Below, in pieces: positions 5,299-5,309 of a DNA stretch of 5,309 bases (its first letter is position 1; every line of letters begins with the position of its first letter). The translations under genes and the position numbers were made by a program. The stretch is from Dubosiella newyorkensis. Lineage in GTDB: Bacteria; Bacillota_I; Bacilli_A; Erysipelotrichales; Erysipelotrichaceae. A model generated the notes under the pieces. The model saw nothing but the letters and a program-made list of their open reading frames with translations. It was not told where the DNA came from and did no database searches. The stretch is taken from positions 1 to 5,309 of the forward strand of contig NZ_MPKA01000125.1 in NCBI RefSeq assembly GCF_001945605.1. Direction: 5' to 3'.

Positions 5299-5309
5299 AC
5301 AGTTCATTC
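5261..5309 (+). promoter_or_regulatory. Promoter P3 (partial, the -10 lies beyond the window edge)
   Basis: A/T-rich tract AAAAATATTCAAAAAATATTGAAAAAAGTG followed by consensus -35 TTGACA (5291-5296). The expected -10, near 5314, is outside the window. The AAAAAAGTGTTGACA context resembles Bacillus-type rRNA promoter upstream regions. Confidence 0.5.

Noticed and set aside
5088-5309. Mini-ORFs in the promoter region: a 23-aa minus-strand ORF (5088-5159), 5-6 codon ATG ORFs at 5098 and 5115, and a TTG-initiated frame open from 5234 to the window edge
   Set aside because: None has a Shine-Dalgarno at workable spacing; AGGAGGAG ends 16 nt before TTG5234. All overlap promoter or UP elements and A/T-rich sequence, so they are most likely non-coding.
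1-5309. Search for CRISPR repeats, IS or transposon ends, integrase or recombinase genes, and tRNA or rRNA genes
   Set aside because: I found no regularly spaced repeats other than the two promoter modules, no terminal inverted repeats, no cloverleaf-forming segments and no rRNA-like sequence. The window reads as core chromosome rather than an accessory island.

Overview
This looks like a low-GC chromosomal segment (about 40% GC by eye) from a Gram-positive, Bacillota-style genome. Every gene I can support is on the + strand.

- **Small cassette (75-538):** a 95-aa acidic orphan protein (75-362), then a 41-aa peptide (378-503) with a hydrophobic N-terminus and charged C-terminus. The peptide is missing from the supplied ORF track. 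An intrinsic terminator closes the cassette.
- **clpB (630-3203):** a sigma-A-type promoter, the 857-aa disaggregase gene and its own terminator.
- **Sirtuin and membrane protein (3254-5026):** a canonical single-domain Sir2-family NAD-dependent deacylase (3254-3991). Its TAA stop directly abuts the ATG of a polytopic membrane protein with a C-terminal DUF218/YdcF-SanA-like domain (3992-5026). A terminator follows.
- **Promoter array (5051-5309):** three strong promoter-like elements with A/T-rich UP-like tracts, spaced about 100 bp apart and reading out of the right edge. They most likely drive a stable-RNA (rRNA/tRNA) operon, though that operon is not visible here.

I found no rRNA or tRNA gene, CRISPR array, transposase, integrase, or recognisable defence or toxin-antitoxin module. 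I cannot honestly claim a novel multi-gene system.

The strongest unexplained signal is compositional. By manual count, GATC occurs about 92 times against only 7 GTAC, and CGATCG occurs 13 times. Secondary leads are:
- the unlisted small peptide;
- the sirtuin-DUF218 translational coupling;
- the absence of any promoter space between the clpB terminator and the sirtuin ribosome-binding site;
- the 200-bp-period duplicated promoter module.
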